DNA of 49,461 nt from a virus (IMGVR_UViG_3300037760_000064:1-49461), one strand, 5' to 3'; positions 1 to 9,136 are shown, counted from the first letter of the stretch. Translations and numbers: made by a program. The notes: generated by a model from the letters alone, not told the origin.

Positions 1-109
1 GTCAGGACCAGCTAGTCGAATACCCGTCACAGGGGCACCCCCCCGTCCCGGATCCACCCTACAACGTCATCGAACAGCGAATAGGTACGACACCGCCGAG
101 CTCGGTCGT

Positions 110-433
110 TCACATTCGGTCGCGTTTCCTGCTGTTGCATGGTCGACATAGCACTGCGAGTGGACCATCCTCAGCACCACCAGCACCGACAGCCACGACA
201 TGGTCAGCGGTCAGGTCGGTGGCTGCGTGTGGTGGGTGCTGCCATCCAGGGCACCAGTCTCCGTGCTCCTGCCGGTGCGTCCTGACTGCCTCTGCCCGAC
301 GCTGGGTCTCCCGATGCGACACGGGTCTCTCTGCCCGCTTCTCACGAGCACATTGAGCACAGCGTGCACCTTTGCGGGGCACGCTGTGCCTGTCAGTGAG
401 TACCCCACACCCCAAACAAGGCCGCACCGGCAT
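110..433 (-). CDS. HNH endonuclease (terminase-associated, HK97 gp74-like)
   Basis: CxxC...CxxC plus TADHVVAVGAGG...LCRPCNSRK HNH motif. Start moved to ATG 433 (MPVRPCLGCG). Precedes terS across the window junction. Confidence 0.85.
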   Translation of the reverse strand: MPVRPCLGCGVLTDRHSVPRKGARCAQCAREKRAERPVSHRETQRRAEAVRTHRQEHGDWCPGWQHPPHAATDLTADHVVAVGAGGAEDGPLAVLCRPCNSRKRDRM

Positions 434-503
434 CGCCAACCCCCACCAATCTGCAAACTCGCAGCCTCTGGTCAGGTAGCACAGTTGGGTGCATGCTGTG
501 CCG

Positions 504-683
504 ATGGATACCACCGGGTCGGATGCGATGGCTCTCGTAGTTGCTGCCCTAATCGGGCTTGTAGCCCTCTATGTAGTGATCAGGCTGGCGGTAGGTGATG
601 CGCTCAAGTCCGCTGATGAGCGCCGCGCCAGGCAATGGCGCCAACAGCAGCAACGCCAGCAAGCTCCGAAACCCCCAGCATAA
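504..683 (+). CDS. Small single-pass membrane protein (moron-like, opposite strand to neighbours)
   Basis: Hydrophobic segment MALVVAALIGLVALYVVIRLAV followed by a basic/Gln-rich tail. Confidence 0.55.
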   Translation: MDTTGSDAMALVVAALIGLVALYVVIRLAVGDALKSADERRARQWRQQQQRQQAPKPPA

Positions 684-765
684 CAAAACCCCACCAGGCC
701 CGGAGGACGGCGGGGGACTAGGCCGGCATGCATATCGGCAGTCCGCGGACTATATGCTTCGCCAT

Positions 766-800
766 GCCCCGGGCCTGTTAGCGCAGGCGCCGGGGTCTTT
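766..800 (+). terminator. Probable intrinsic terminator between convergent genes
   Basis: GCCCCGG-GCCTG/CAGGC-G-CCGGGGT stem followed by CTTT. Confidence 0.45.
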
Positions 801-847
801 CGTAGTCGGGGGGTGTCAGTGGGAACAATTCACCACCTGAGCACAGG

Positions 848-1030
848 TTATCGGACATCTCCGAGGCGCGCATCCGACACGCCCAGCACGTCGTCGATGC
901 TGATCCTGATGTTCCGGCCGTCTCCATGGTCCGGAAGGACGCCAGAGGCCACCCACCTGCGGATCGTCCGCGCGGTGACCCCAAGTGCCCGAGCGGCCAC
1001 CTCGGTGTCGATCAACGTCATCTGCGCCAC
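848..1030 (-). CDS. Helix-turn-helix DNA-binding protein (MerR/excisionase-like)
   Basis: TEVAARALGVTARTIRRWVASGVL HTH motif. Confidence 0.8.
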   Translation of the reverse strand: MAQMTLIDTEVAARALGVTARTIRRWVASGVLPDHGDGRNIRISIDDVLGVSDARLGDVR

Positions 1031-1076
1031 CCGTCACGCGAGGCGAGCCTCCGAACGTAGCCGACCCGCCACCCCA

Positions 1077-1757
1077 TCAGCTGGCCGATCTCTGAGGCAG
1101 AGAACCACTCCACGCCAGCATCCTACGTCCCCGCTCATCCAGAATCCGCTTACCTGCCCGTAGCCACTGGTGCGTCTCCCACGTGGCCCCGCACTCGGCG
1201 CACACCATGACTGCCCGCTCCTCGACCCGGGTCGGGATGTACGCCCACACCTCGCCCATGCACGCCGCCGCCCCGCCCAGCTCAGGGCACGGCCCCACGA
1301 CGAATCGTGTCCTGGTGGCTGCTCGGTCGACGGCACGCCACCCGGCCCGCACAGCGTCGGTGATCTCGGCGTGGATGTCATCGGCGGCCGAATAGGTGGC
1401 CAACAGCTCCAGCCTTGCCAACAGCCACCTCGACATGGCCCGCAGCGTGTCCGGCGGATACTCCTGCCCATGCGTCTCGGCGACGTCACGCACCCACCCC
1501 ACGAGGTACACCCGTAGATCGTCGAGCTTGCCCGATGCTCGGACGTCGTATGGCAGCGGTTGCTCGCTCGCCTTGGTCGGCTTACCGCCCCGCTGGCCAG
1601 CGCCAAGCTTGTCCTGCCTCGTGAGGGTGACTTTCAGCTCGTCCAGCAGCGCCGGCACCTCAGCCAGCGCCTGCTCCAGCTCCCAGACGTGCTGCTCACA
1701 CAGCAGTCGCACATCTCGCGTGGGGCGCCCACATCCGGTAGTGCAGGTCTGCTGCAT
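1077..1757 (-). CDS. Conserved actinophage protein with Cys-rich (Zn-binding) ends
   Basis: Start at ATG 1757 after an AAGGGGA RBS. CxxxC..LC N-terminus; GPCP...C...CAECG C-terminus. Confidence 0.65.
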   Translation of the reverse strand: MQQTCTTGCGRPTRDVRLLCEQHVWELEQALAEVPALLDELKVTLTRQDKLGAGQRGGKPTKASEQPLPYDVRASGKLDDLRVYLVGWVRDVAETHGQEYPPDTLRAMSRWLLARLELLATYSAADDIHAEITDAVRAGWRAVDRAATRTRFVVGPCPELGGAAACMGEVWAYIPTRVEERAVMVCAECGATWETHQWLRAGKRILDERGRRMLAWSGSLPQRSAS

Positions 1758-1848
1758 GTCGTCCCCTTGTGACCGTTGGTGCCGGTGTAGCCTGGCGGTG
1801 ACAAAGGTGGTCACTGGGGCGGCGGTCTGTAGCGGGCCGCCGTTTCGG

Positions 1849-2109
1849 CTATCCGGGGACCTGCGGGCTCTGTGGAGTGGCCGATAGACCTGGAGCGTCG
1901 GCTTCGAGCACACGCAGCAATGGCTCCCGCGGGATCAGCACGCGCCGGCCAAGCTTCATGCTCGGAAGCTGACCTTCGTCGATGGCACGTGTGACCGTAC
2001 GTGGATCCACACCTAGCAGCTGTGCGACCTGGCCACGTGTTAGTGCCGCCAGATCAGATTGGCGAAGTTCGTCAATGGTGATCGGTCCTTCAATCCTTCT
2101 ATCGCTCAT
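1849..2109 (-). CDS. Excisionase-family HTH DNA-binding protein
   Basis: LTRGQVAQLLGVDPRTVTRAIDEGQLPSMKLGRRVLIPR; AAAGGGA RBS before ATG 2109. Confidence 0.8.
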   Translation of the reverse strand: MSDRRIEGPITIDELRQSDLAALTRGQVAQLLGVDPRTVTRAIDEGQLPSMKLGRRVLIPREPLLRVLEADAPGLSATPQSPQVPG

Positions 2110-2374
2110 GGTGTCCCTTTCGTTGGCTCTGGGTGATGGCGTCTCGAGCTTCTGAGACTTCGTCATGGCCGCCCCGCCATCTGGCTACCGTTAGGCCGTC
2201 AGACGGCGATTGTGGGCTTCTGACGGCTATGTCTGGGTCCGGCTTACGTGGCTGTGATTCACACACCAGCTCCGCCGCCGCCAAGAGCTCGGCGTCCGGG
2301 TCCCGCTGGGCGAGTGCGGCGGTGATGATCCGCCGGGCGCGTTTGAGGACCTGGCGGGGCTGCGGGTCACGCAT
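2099..2374 (-). CDS. Hypothetical protein
   Basis: ORF overlaps both neighbours in the operon. Confidence 0.45.
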   Translation of the reverse strand: MRDPQPRQVLKRARRIITAALAQRDPDAELLAAAELVCESQPRKPDPDIAVRSPQSPSDGLTVARWRGGHDEVSEARDAITQSQRKGHHER

Positions 2375-2669
2375 CGGGGGTCACCTCGTAGACGTGCCGC
2401 ACGAGCGGCCCGTCGAGGCAGGACGCCAGCCATACGGCGCCGTCGGGGATGGGCTGGCCGGTGCCGAAGGCCTGGACGAGCCGCATCGCTGGGCTACTGG
2501 CGGGCCAGTCGACTGGGAGTGCCGCGTCGACCCACACCTCGACGCGTCCGGCTGGTGACCGCTGCGCCTGGCGATGCGGTTGGGCCATCAGGACTCGACC
2601 GGCGGCGATGGGCTGCGGTTGGTCGTTGACTGCGATTTCGTAGCGCAGTACACGGCGTTGCTCGCTCAC
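2367..2669 (-). CDS. Hypothetical phage protein
   Basis: GTG start coupled to the upstream stop (GTGA); beta-rich RVLRYEI...VEVW...FGTGQPIP...LVRHVYE pattern. Confidence 0.6.
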   Translation of the reverse strand: MSEQRRVLRYEIAVNDQPQPIAAGRVLMAQPHRQAQRSPAGRVEVWVDAALPVDWPASSPAMRLVQAFGTGQPIPDGAVWLASCLDGPLVRHVYEVTPDA

Positions 2670-3067
2670 GTCGTCCCCCCGGTCTCGGTAGTTCCGGTGT
2701 CGACTGGGTCGCTCTTGCAACGCCCGACATGGCCGTCGGGCAGCACGCACCAGCACAGGGATCGGTCCGGCAGGGCTGCGTGGTACTGCGCCCAGGTGAT
2801 CGGGCACTCACCCTCAGGGGCATCGTCGGGCTGGTGGATGATCTCGATGTCCGGCATGCCCCTGTCGCGAGACCAGGGCGAGTTGGGCTTCTCGAAGACG
2901 GCGACGACGGTCGACGTGCCGTGCCAGTACGCCTTCACGTACCGCTGGGCTCGGTTGTGGATTCGTGTGCCCGGCTTGATGCCCCTGTGTTCTGGCACCT
3001 CGACATAGCCTCGCTCCTCCAACGCCGCCGTGAGCTCGGCGTAGGTCTTCGACCAGTCCGTGCTCAC
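2666..3067 (-). CDS. Hypothetical protein
   Basis: GTG start with GAGG RBS; C-terminal CxC..GH motif; GC3-biased codons. Confidence 0.55.
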   Translation of the reverse strand: MSTDWSKTYAELTAALEERGYVEVPEHRGIKPGTRIHNRAQRYVKAYWHGTSTVVAVFEKPNSPWSRDRGMPDIEIIHQPDDAPEGECPITWAQYHAALPDRSLCWCVLPDGHVGRCKSDPVDTGTTETGGTT

Positions 3068-3131
3068 GGCGTGTCCTCTCGGTCGGTGCCGGCGGCGAGC
3101 TGTGCGCGGGCACAGCGGTAGTGGTCGGTGG

Positions 3132-4460
3132 TCATGCAGCTCCTTCCAGTGCGCGCGTGGGTGTCCAGGCTTTGGCGACTGCCCGCTGTAGGTGGCCTTG
3201 GAACTCGAGCGTGATTCCGCCGACGGTGCCGTGGCGGTTCTTGGCGATGCCGACATGCAGGTCGAAGCGTTTGGCGTCGTCGTTGAGGTCGCGGTGGAGC
3301 AGGATCACCACGTCGCTGTCCTGCTCGACCGCGCCGGATTCGCGGAGGTCAGCCAGGCCGGGCATTTTGTCGGTGCGCTGCTCGGATGCCCGGTTGAGTT
3401 GGGACATGGCCAGCACTGGGACGCCGAGCTCGCGGGCGAGGAGCTTGAGCCCGCGGGAGAAGTCGGCGACAACCTCGTGGCGGGGTTGCCGGCCAGGTGG
3501 CGAGCTCATCAGCTGCAGGTAGTCAACGACGATCATGCCGAGCTTGCCGCGGCGGGACACCGAGCGGGCGTAGCGGCGGATGTCGGAGATTCGAACGCTG
3601 CTGCGGTCGAGGATGGACAGCGGCATTGTGGCGAGCTTCCCGCGGACGCCGGCGATCTTCGACCAGTCGGTTTCGTCGAGCTGGTGCCGTTCGAGGTGGG
3701 TGTAGTCGACCTTGGCGAGTTGGGACAGCAGGCGCATGTGGATCTCTTGGCGGGACATCTCCAGGCTCGCGAGCACCACGTGCGTTTCGTGTCGGGTGGC
3801 GTGGTGGGCTGCGGTCTGGACGCCGAAGACGGTTTTGCCGACGCCGGGTCTGGCGCCGATGACGTAGAGCCGTCCGGGGGCGAATCCGCCGATGATGTGG
3901 TCGAGGTCGACCCATGGGGAGCTGCGTAGCTCAGGTTCGGTTTCGAGCATGCTGAGGGTGTCGTCGATTTCGTCGCCAACCCATGTGATGGCTTCGCCGC
4001 CGATGGCGGTCCCTGTGGCCTTGTCGACCTCGGAGCGGGCCACCTCCTGCGTGTCGGTGAGGTCGCGGCCGTCGCTGCCGTAGCCGATCTGGGTGATGCG
4101 GATGCCGGCTTGGATGATGCGGCGGTGTCCGGCATGTCGGGCGACGATGCCGGCGTAGTGGGCGGCGTTTGTGGCGGTGAGGGTGCCTTGGACGATCTCG
4201 AACAGGTATCCGGCGCCACCTACGTGTTCCAGCTGACCGGCTTTGGCTAGCTGGTCTTTGACGAGCGTCGCATCGACGGGCTCACCGGCGACGTGTTGGG
4301 CGAGGATGGCCCGCCAGATCGTTTCGTGGGCAGGTCGGTAGAAGTCACCAGGATCGACAACGTCGGTGATGTCGTCGATGACGCGAGGGTTGTGTAGCGC
4401 GGCTCCGAGGAGCTGGCGCTCGGCGCCAACGTCCGAGGGTGGGGTCATCTCATCGCTCAT
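3132..4460 (-). CDS. dnaB: DnaB-like replicative helicase
   Basis: N-terminal AERQLLGAAL...DFYRPAHETIW; Walker A GARPGVGKT; SLEM, VVDYLQL, SQLNR, DLRESGAVEQDSD and KNRHG motifs. Confidence 0.97.
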   Translation of the reverse strand: MSDEMTPPSDVGAERQLLGAALHNPRVIDDITDVVDPGDFYRPAHETIWRAILAQHVAGEPVDATLVKDQLAKAGQLEHVGGAGYLFEIVQGTLTATNAAHYAGIVARHAGHRRIIQAGIRITQIGYGSDGRDLTDTQEVARSEVDKATGTAIGGEAITWVGDEIDDTLSMLETEPELRSSPWVDLDHIIGGFAPGRLYVIGARPGVGKTVFGVQTAAHHATRHETHVVLASLEMSRQEIHMRLLSQLAKVDYTHLERHQLDETDWSKIAGVRGKLATMPLSILDRSSVRISDIRRYARSVSRRGKLGMIVVDYLQLMSSPPGRQPRHEVVADFSRGLKLLARELGVPVLAMSQLNRASEQRTDKMPGLADLRESGAVEQDSDVVILLHRDLNDDAKRFDLHVGIAKNRHGTVGGITLEFQGHLQRAVAKAWTPTRALEGAA

Positions 4461-5317
4461 CGCTGGATGCCCCTCCAGAACGCCGGCAGCTCGTCGTTGG
4501 CTGGGGGCGGCGTCGGGGACTGGACATCGTCTTCCCAGCGGCCTTGGTTCAGCCACGTCGATGGATGCGGGGTGTAGCGGGGGTCTTTGCCTTGCACTGA
4601 ATCGGCGAACACCTTGGCGGCGGTGTTGATCGCCTCGGCGTCGGCATCTTTGAGCGCTGAGCGGTACGCCTTGAGGGCGGCTTTCTTCCCGGTGTGTTTG
4701 GGGTAGTGCGACCAGAAGGTGTCGAAGTGTTCGTCCTCGGTTCCCCCTTGGGGGTTAGGGGGTGTCTTTAACACAGACACAGACACAACAGCAGGTGGAA
4801 TCCTCTCGGAATCCTCGCGGATTCCATCTGGATTCCGTTCGGATTCCGTTCGGACGACTTCCGTGACGACCTGCTGGTTCTCCGCCGTTCGGCTCCGGCT
4901 GGCCTTCTTCCGGCACACATTCGAGCAGTATTTAGAATCGGACCTAGCTGTGACATAAGTGTGACCACAAGTGTGACATTCGACCTCGTAAGTGTGACGC
5001 TCTGCCTTCTTTCGCTCACGGTCCCGCTGTCGGTACGTCTCGACCCGGTCGCGAGTGAGGTTGCCGCGCTCTTCCCACTCGTGGAACCGGTAGCCGCCCT
5101 TGACTCTTTTCCACAGCCTGCGTCGTACCAACTCTTGCGCTGCGTCCTCTGGCGTCTGTGAGAGCCGTGCGAGCATCGCATCGGGGACGAAGCCGTCAAG
5201 CAGCTTCGCCGCGGAGTACGAGCCAGCACGAGTCCACAGCGCCACAGCTGCATCGCTCGCGTCGGTCGACTTGGGGTGGTCATAGAAGTCGGAGTCGACT
5301 TGGAACCTCACGGGCAT
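4457..5317 (-). CDS. Phage replication initiator (RepA/lambda O-like)
   Basis: N-terminal FQVDSDFYDHPK...ALW; C-terminal FDTFWSHYPK..GKKAALKAY...HPSTWLNQGRWED; directly upstream of dnaB; internal iteron-like repeats. Confidence 0.85.
   Translation of the reverse strand: MPVRFQVDSDFYDHPKSTDASDAAVALWTRAGSYSAAKLLDGFVPDAMLARLSQTPEDAAQELVRRRLWKRVKGGYRFHEWEERGNLTRDRVETYRQRDRERKKAERHTYEVECHTCGHTYVTARSDSKYCSNVCRKKASRSRTAENQQVVTEVVRTESERNPDGIREDSERIPPAVVSVSVLKTPPNPQGGTEDEHFDTFWSHYPKHTGKKAALKAYRSALKDADAEAINTAAKVFADSVQGKDPRYTPHPSTWLNQGRWEDDVQSPTPPPANDELPAFWRGIQR
4797..4998. repeat. Putative replication origin: iteron arrays inside the initiator gene
   Basis: Five tandem 11-mers GGA(A/T)TCCNNNN at 4797-4851; AAGTGTGAC x3 at 4957, 4969 and 4990 in a locally AT-rich patch. 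Confidence 0.7.
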
Positions 5318-5472
5318 TAGCCGGCCTCCCGAATCAACACCTCGTACGGCACTCCTTCGAGTGCCGCTATCGCGGTCTGGATGGTGTTCTTGCAGTCGTC
5401 GCAATGCGTTCTGTGGCTCAGCACCGATAGCGCGAGGTTGATGCGAGCGCGCAATTCGTCAGCGTCTTCCAT
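5317..5472 (-). CDS. Small hypothetical protein (51 aa, HCDDC motif)
   Basis: GGGGGAG RBS; TAATG coupling to the initiator gene. Not in the ORF track. Confidence 0.5.
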   Translation of the reverse strand: MEDADELRARINLALSVLSHRTHCDDCKNTIQTAIAALEGVPYEVLIREAG

Positions 5473-5753
5473 GGCTCCCCCGAGGCGGTTCTTGAAGTGG
5501 CGTTCTGGTGGTGCGCCCTATGTCGGAAGTGGCCAAGCCGGTCGTGCGCAGATCTGTGAATGGCCTGTGTGTGGACGGCATGGAACCGCCTGCTTAACAC
5601 AAAGTTGATCATCCACAGCTGTGGGCGGAACTGGGGAGAGTACTCACCTTTGACGACGTCATCACAGATCGATAAACGTCTGAGCTGTGCGTATTCGCGT
5701 CCACGTTCTGCGGGAACATATTCACAGGGCGCAATCCCACTATTCGAGATCAT
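5418..5753 (-). CDS. Hypothetical protein (AT-richer than its surroundings)
   Basis: ATGA coupling to the whiB stop, but atypical codon usage. Confidence 0.3.
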   Translation of the reverse strand: MISNSGIAPCEYVPAERGREYAQLRRLSICDDVVKGEYSPQFRPQLWMINFVLSRRFHAVHTQAIHRSAHDRLGHFRHRAHHQNATSRTASGEPWKTLTNCALASTSRYRC

Positions 5754-6031
5754 TCCCGTCTCGCTTTCTTTCGCCGTTTCAGTTCACGCCGCCTGTGCGT
5801 GTCGCGTTCGGTCTCGGTGAGTCCGCCCCATACGCCGTGTTTCATCCGCTGCACGATCGCCCATTGGAGGCATTCGGTGCGCACCACACAGCCGGCGCAG
5901 ACCGCTTTAGCGTCGGCGATTCCGGCGTGGGCGCTGGCGTGTGGGAACCACCGCTCCGGGTCCTCACCACGGCAGGCCGCAGCCTCCCGCCAGTCCCCGG
6001 AGCTGGTGGCGTGGGCACTGGAGCGGGTCAC
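5750..6031 (-). CDS. whiB: WhiB-family transcription factor
   Basis: W..AAC...DPERWFP...AKAVCAGCVVRTECL..A....GVWGGLTETER. Confidence 0.95.
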   Translation of the reverse strand: MTRSSAHATSSGDWREAAACRGEDPERWFPHASAHAGIADAKAVCAGCVVRTECLQWAIVQRMKHGVWGGLTETERDTHRRRELKRRKKARRE

Positions 6032-6252
6032 GCCACGGCCCCCTTTCCGGCGCGTAGCGCTAGTCGTTGCCGTGGAGCCAACCCGCCCCACACGCCGTAC
6101 GAGATCTGGTGCTCGACGGCGTAGTCCAAGCAGGACTGCTTGACGGGGCAGCGGCCGCAGATCCGTTTGGCTGGGCGGGAAGATTCGCCTTTCTCTGGGT
6201 GCCAGTAGTCGCCGCCGACTTGGGCGCACAGCGCCCCTTCCCAGGTGGTCAC
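6028..6252 (-). CDS. whiB: WhiB-family transcription factor (second, tandem copy)
   Basis: WEGALCAQ...AKRICGRCPVKQSCLDYA....GVWGGL. Confidence 0.95.
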   Translation of the reverse strand: MTTWEGALCAQVGGDYWHPEKGESSRPAKRICGRCPVKQSCLDYAVEHQISYGVWGGLAPRQRLALRAGKGAVA

Positions 6253-6620
6253 GACTCCTCCGGTCTGACACCAGTGAGAAGGGCTATAAGGTCACGCAAG
6301 GTCATCAGGACCAGCTGGTCACCTGGCTGGCGGTGGCCGCGCCGTTTGGCTACGACGAGCCCGGCGATAGCGTCGTCATTGCCCCGGGCGGCTTCGGCTT
6401 CATTGAGCCATGGACTGATTTGGACGCGACCTCCATAATCCTTCACCTCGATGACGACGCGTTCGCCCATGTGTCGGAGACCGCTAACGTCACCGCGGTC
6501 ATGAGCTCCGCTCAGTCGACGACGTTCGATTCGGTCGTCCACACGCGCCGCCAAGTAAGTGGCGATCAGGGACTCCATCCGTGTTCCTGCGGTTTTGGCC
6601 GATTTCCTGTTCCGTGTCAC
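6249..6620 (-). CDS. Holliday junction resolvase (PD-(D/E)xK type)
   Basis: KTAGTRME...GAHDRGDV...VIEVK...EAEAARGN...VVAKRRG, typical of actinophage resolvases. Confidence 0.8.
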   Translation of the reverse strand: MTRNRKSAKTAGTRMESLIATYLAARVDDRIERRRLSGAHDRGDVSGLRHMGERVVIEVKDYGGRVQISPWLNEAEAARGNDDAIAGLVVAKRRGHRQPGDQLVLMTLRDLIALLTGVRPEES

Positions 6621-7120
6621 GGCCTGTCGCCTCTATCTGCTGAGTAGTCGCGGCGCTGCTGCCGGTCCAACCGCCGCGCCTCCCGCACTTCGGCGACGAA
6701 GTAGCGGCCCTGGGTTCCAGGTTGGCCACTGGACTGCCTGGCCAGGCACCACTCGAGGGCGTTGCTCGCCGACACCTGGCTGTCCAGTAGTGACGAGACG
6801 ACGGCGTGCTGTAGGTCCGTCTCGTGCATGACCAGGAACCCTCGACGGCGACCAGCCGTGTCGAGCTCGGCCCGCGCGACGTCGCGCTCCCGCATGGCCT
6901 CGTCGCGTTGGCGCATCAGCGACATCTCGCGGACCTCTCTGATCTTTTGCAGCTCGGCGATCAGGTCGGCCTGTCGCTGCGCGTCGTGCTGCGCCCGCTC
7001 GACCAGGGCCAGTACGTCGAGCCAGTCACGTTCCCGGTCCAGGTGACCTTGCTGCGACTCCCACAACGCTTCCTCCTGTGTGAATCGTTCGAGCTGTGCC
7101 AGCGGGTCAACGGTCGTCAT
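6617..7120 (-). CDS. Hypothetical coiled-coil protein
   Basis: GAGGAG RBS; helical charged sequence. Confidence 0.55.
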   Translation of the reverse strand: MTTVDPLAQLERFTQEEALWESQQGHLDRERDWLDVLALVERAQHDAQRQADLIAELQKIREVREMSLMRQRDEAMRERDVARAELDTAGRRRGFLVMHETDLQHAVVSSLLDSQVSASNALEWCLARQSSGQPGTQGRYFVAEVREARRLDRQQRRDYSADRGDRP

Positions 7121-7343
7121 CGACTCTCTCCTCTCGTTGCCAGCGCGCGAAGTTGCAGACATACACAGCCCCATAGGCGACAGCGCTGGCGTAGAACCCC
7201 CACTGCCGCGTGGCGGTCGCGTAGGCAATCCAGAGCCCTTGTGCTCCAATGCCGACCGCCCACCCGGCCTTCGACTTACGGCCGGCCAGCCACAGGCCGA
7301 AGACCCCGACCGCAGTCAGGAGATACGACCACCACCAGGTCAT
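7107..7343 (-). CDS. Small PnuC-like multi-pass membrane protein
   Basis: WSYLLTAVGVFGLWLAGRK..GW.VG...Q.LW..YA....QWGF; three TM segments. Confidence 0.7.
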   Translation of the reverse strand: MTWWWSYLLTAVGVFGLWLAGRKSKAGWAVGIGAQGLWIAYATATRQWGFYASAVAYGAVYVCNFARWQREERVDDDR

Positions 7344-7681
7344 TCGGCGGGCCGTTCGGTGTCAGCGGTCATGGCGTCTTCCCCCTTCCGGCGCTCGCCG
7401 CGGAGGGCGTACCGCACATCGATCACGGCCCGCTTCCATCCGCACGTGATGACGTCGCGGTCTGGGCGTTCGGGGCACGGGTTGGGGTGCCGGCCGACCG
7501 CCTCTCGTACTCGCGACAGTTGTGTGCTCTCGCCCTCCAGCTCGGCGACTTGGGCCTGTGCCTGCTCGACCAGGGCCAGGACCTGCCAGGTCGGCAGAGT
7601 GCGGATCTTGTGGATGTCGGACTCCTCGGCCAACGCCGCGAGCTGTGCCAGCGGGTCTGGCCGGCCGGTGTCAGCGGTCAC
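7340..7681 (-). CDS. Hypothetical protein
   Basis: GGAGG RBS; N-terminal DPLAQL shared with the 6617-7120 protein. Confidence 0.55.
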   Translation of the reverse strand: MTADTGRPDPLAQLAALAEESDIHKIRTLPTWQVLALVEQAQAQVAELEGESTQLSRVREAVGRHPNPCPERPDRDVITCGWKRAVIDVRYALRGERRKGEDAMTADTERPAE

Positions 7682-7962
7682 GGTCCACCTCCGATGGGTC
7701 AGGCTGGCCCGGCTCGGTCTCCCACTGCCGGTTCTGGATGTCGGAGCCGAGCATGTGATCGGCGGTGTCGACGTCGGCCCACCCGCCGCTCATCGCAGCT
7801 CACCGTCCTCAGTGATCACTACGACGTGCCCGTTCAGACGGTTGACGTACGCCCGACCGGCAGGTGCCTCGCCGTCGTACTTGAGCAGTAGCGGACGGAG
7901 CGGACGGAGCACAGCGAAGCGCTCCAGCCAGAACCCGAACTGGTCTCGCAGCGTGCCCGGCA

Positions 7963-8232
7963 TCACGCGCCCCCATCCGGATAAGGCTCGGCGTCGGAGG
8001 GGTCGGCTCCCCTTCGGTGTGGGTTGGTGCGCGGCGTGTTGCAGCAGTCGTCCCAGATGCGGGCGTCGTGCTCACGCAGCCAGTCGGACACCAGTAGTTC
8101 GTCGGTGATCCGGTCCCCCTCGGCCACCCCGAGCCCCCGGACTAGGTACGTCGCCAGGCTGCGGTACTCCGTGGCGCTGGCCACCCGGTATGGGGTCAGC
8201 TCATCCCCATCGACCCCTCCATCGGCGGTCAT
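7963..8232 (-). CDS. Hypothetical protein
   Basis: ATGA coupling; WLREHDARIWD...NPHR motif. Confidence 0.55.
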   Translation of the reverse strand: MTADGGVDGDELTPYRVASATEYRSLATYLVRGLGVAEGDRITDELLVSDWLREHDARIWDDCCNTPRTNPHRRGADPSDAEPYPDGGA

Positions 8233-8510
8233 CTGATTCCCAATCTGCGCATGGCGGTGCGTCGGCGTGCGTGTGGCGGTGTCCACCGGGCGCCGGTGTT
8301 GGGTAGCCACTCGGGCCACTCGGTGCGGACACGTCGGGCGCGGTGCACGTAGACGAGCGCGCGGCGCAGCGACGCCACAGCCAGGTCAGCGCGGGACTGC
8401 TCACGGTCGGCGTCGGCGACTGCCTCGTCGTGGCCGACACGGCCGACCGCGAAACCGGCAGCGGCGGCCAGCGCCACAATCAGCAGCACCCAGAAGACGG
8501 TGTTGGTCAT
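8229..8510 (-). CDS. Small membrane-anchored protein
   Basis: N-terminal TM VFWVLLIVALAAAAGFAVG; ATGA coupling. Confidence 0.55.
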   Translation of the reverse strand: MTNTVFWVLLIVALAAAAGFAVGRVGHDEAVADADREQSRADLAVASLRRALVYVHRARRVRTEWPEWLPNTGARWTPPHARRRTAMRRLGIR

Positions 8511-9136
8511 GACTGCATCACCGGCTTGACCTCGTTCGCCGCCCGATATCGCTTGATGCCCTGCTGGATGGCGTGGCAGCACCAGAGGTACCGAGTGGTG
8601 TAGGTGCGGAAGTCCCACTCCCACACGTCCGCGAACCTGTAGCCGCTCGGATGAGTGAAGCGGTCGAGCCCCGCTCGAACTTCGCTCTCGTCGCAAATCA
8701 CGTAGTCGTCGAAGATCTGTTCCTCGATCTCGGCCCAGACGCCTGCCGGATCGGTGCCCGATAGGTAGTAGTCGGCGTGGTCGTCGAAGTGTTCGCGGAC
8801 GAGTTTGCGCACCAGGTCTTGGTCATACGCCTTGACCCCGGACCGGTCCTGGGCGACCAGCTTCTCTTCCCAGTACCCGACGTTGATGTACGAGCCGTCG
8901 AAGAACTCGAACATGTCCTCGATGCGGGAGAAGACGAACGTGCCCATGTCACCGCGGATCGTGAGCTGGCCCGGCGTGGTGATCAGCTCGAACCAGTAGA
9001 AGCTGGAGCCCGTCTCCTTGAACAGGAGGTGTCGGTAGAGCCCGTCGTTGTGGAGCACGGTCATCTGGTGCTTCTCGGTGTCCTTGCGGTACCGCTCCAG
9101 AACGTCCGGGTAGTAATACCAGGGGACTTCGGTCAC
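8507..9136 (-). CDS. Conserved phage protein of unknown function
   Basis: HQMTVLHNDGLYRHL...YWFELITTPGQLTIRGDMG.FVF.R...YWEEKL...YLWCCHAI; strong GC3 bias. Confidence 0.8.
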   Translation of the reverse strand: MTEVPWYYYPDVLERYRKDTEKHQMTVLHNDGLYRHLLFKETGSSFYWFELITTPGQLTIRGDMGTFVFSRIEDMFEFFDGSYINVGYWEEKLVAQDRSGVKAYDQDLVRKLVREHFDDHADYYLSGTDPAGVWAEIEEQIFDDYVICDESEVRAGLDRFTHPSGYRFADVWEWDFRTYTTRYLWCCHAIQQGIKRYRAANEVKPVMQS

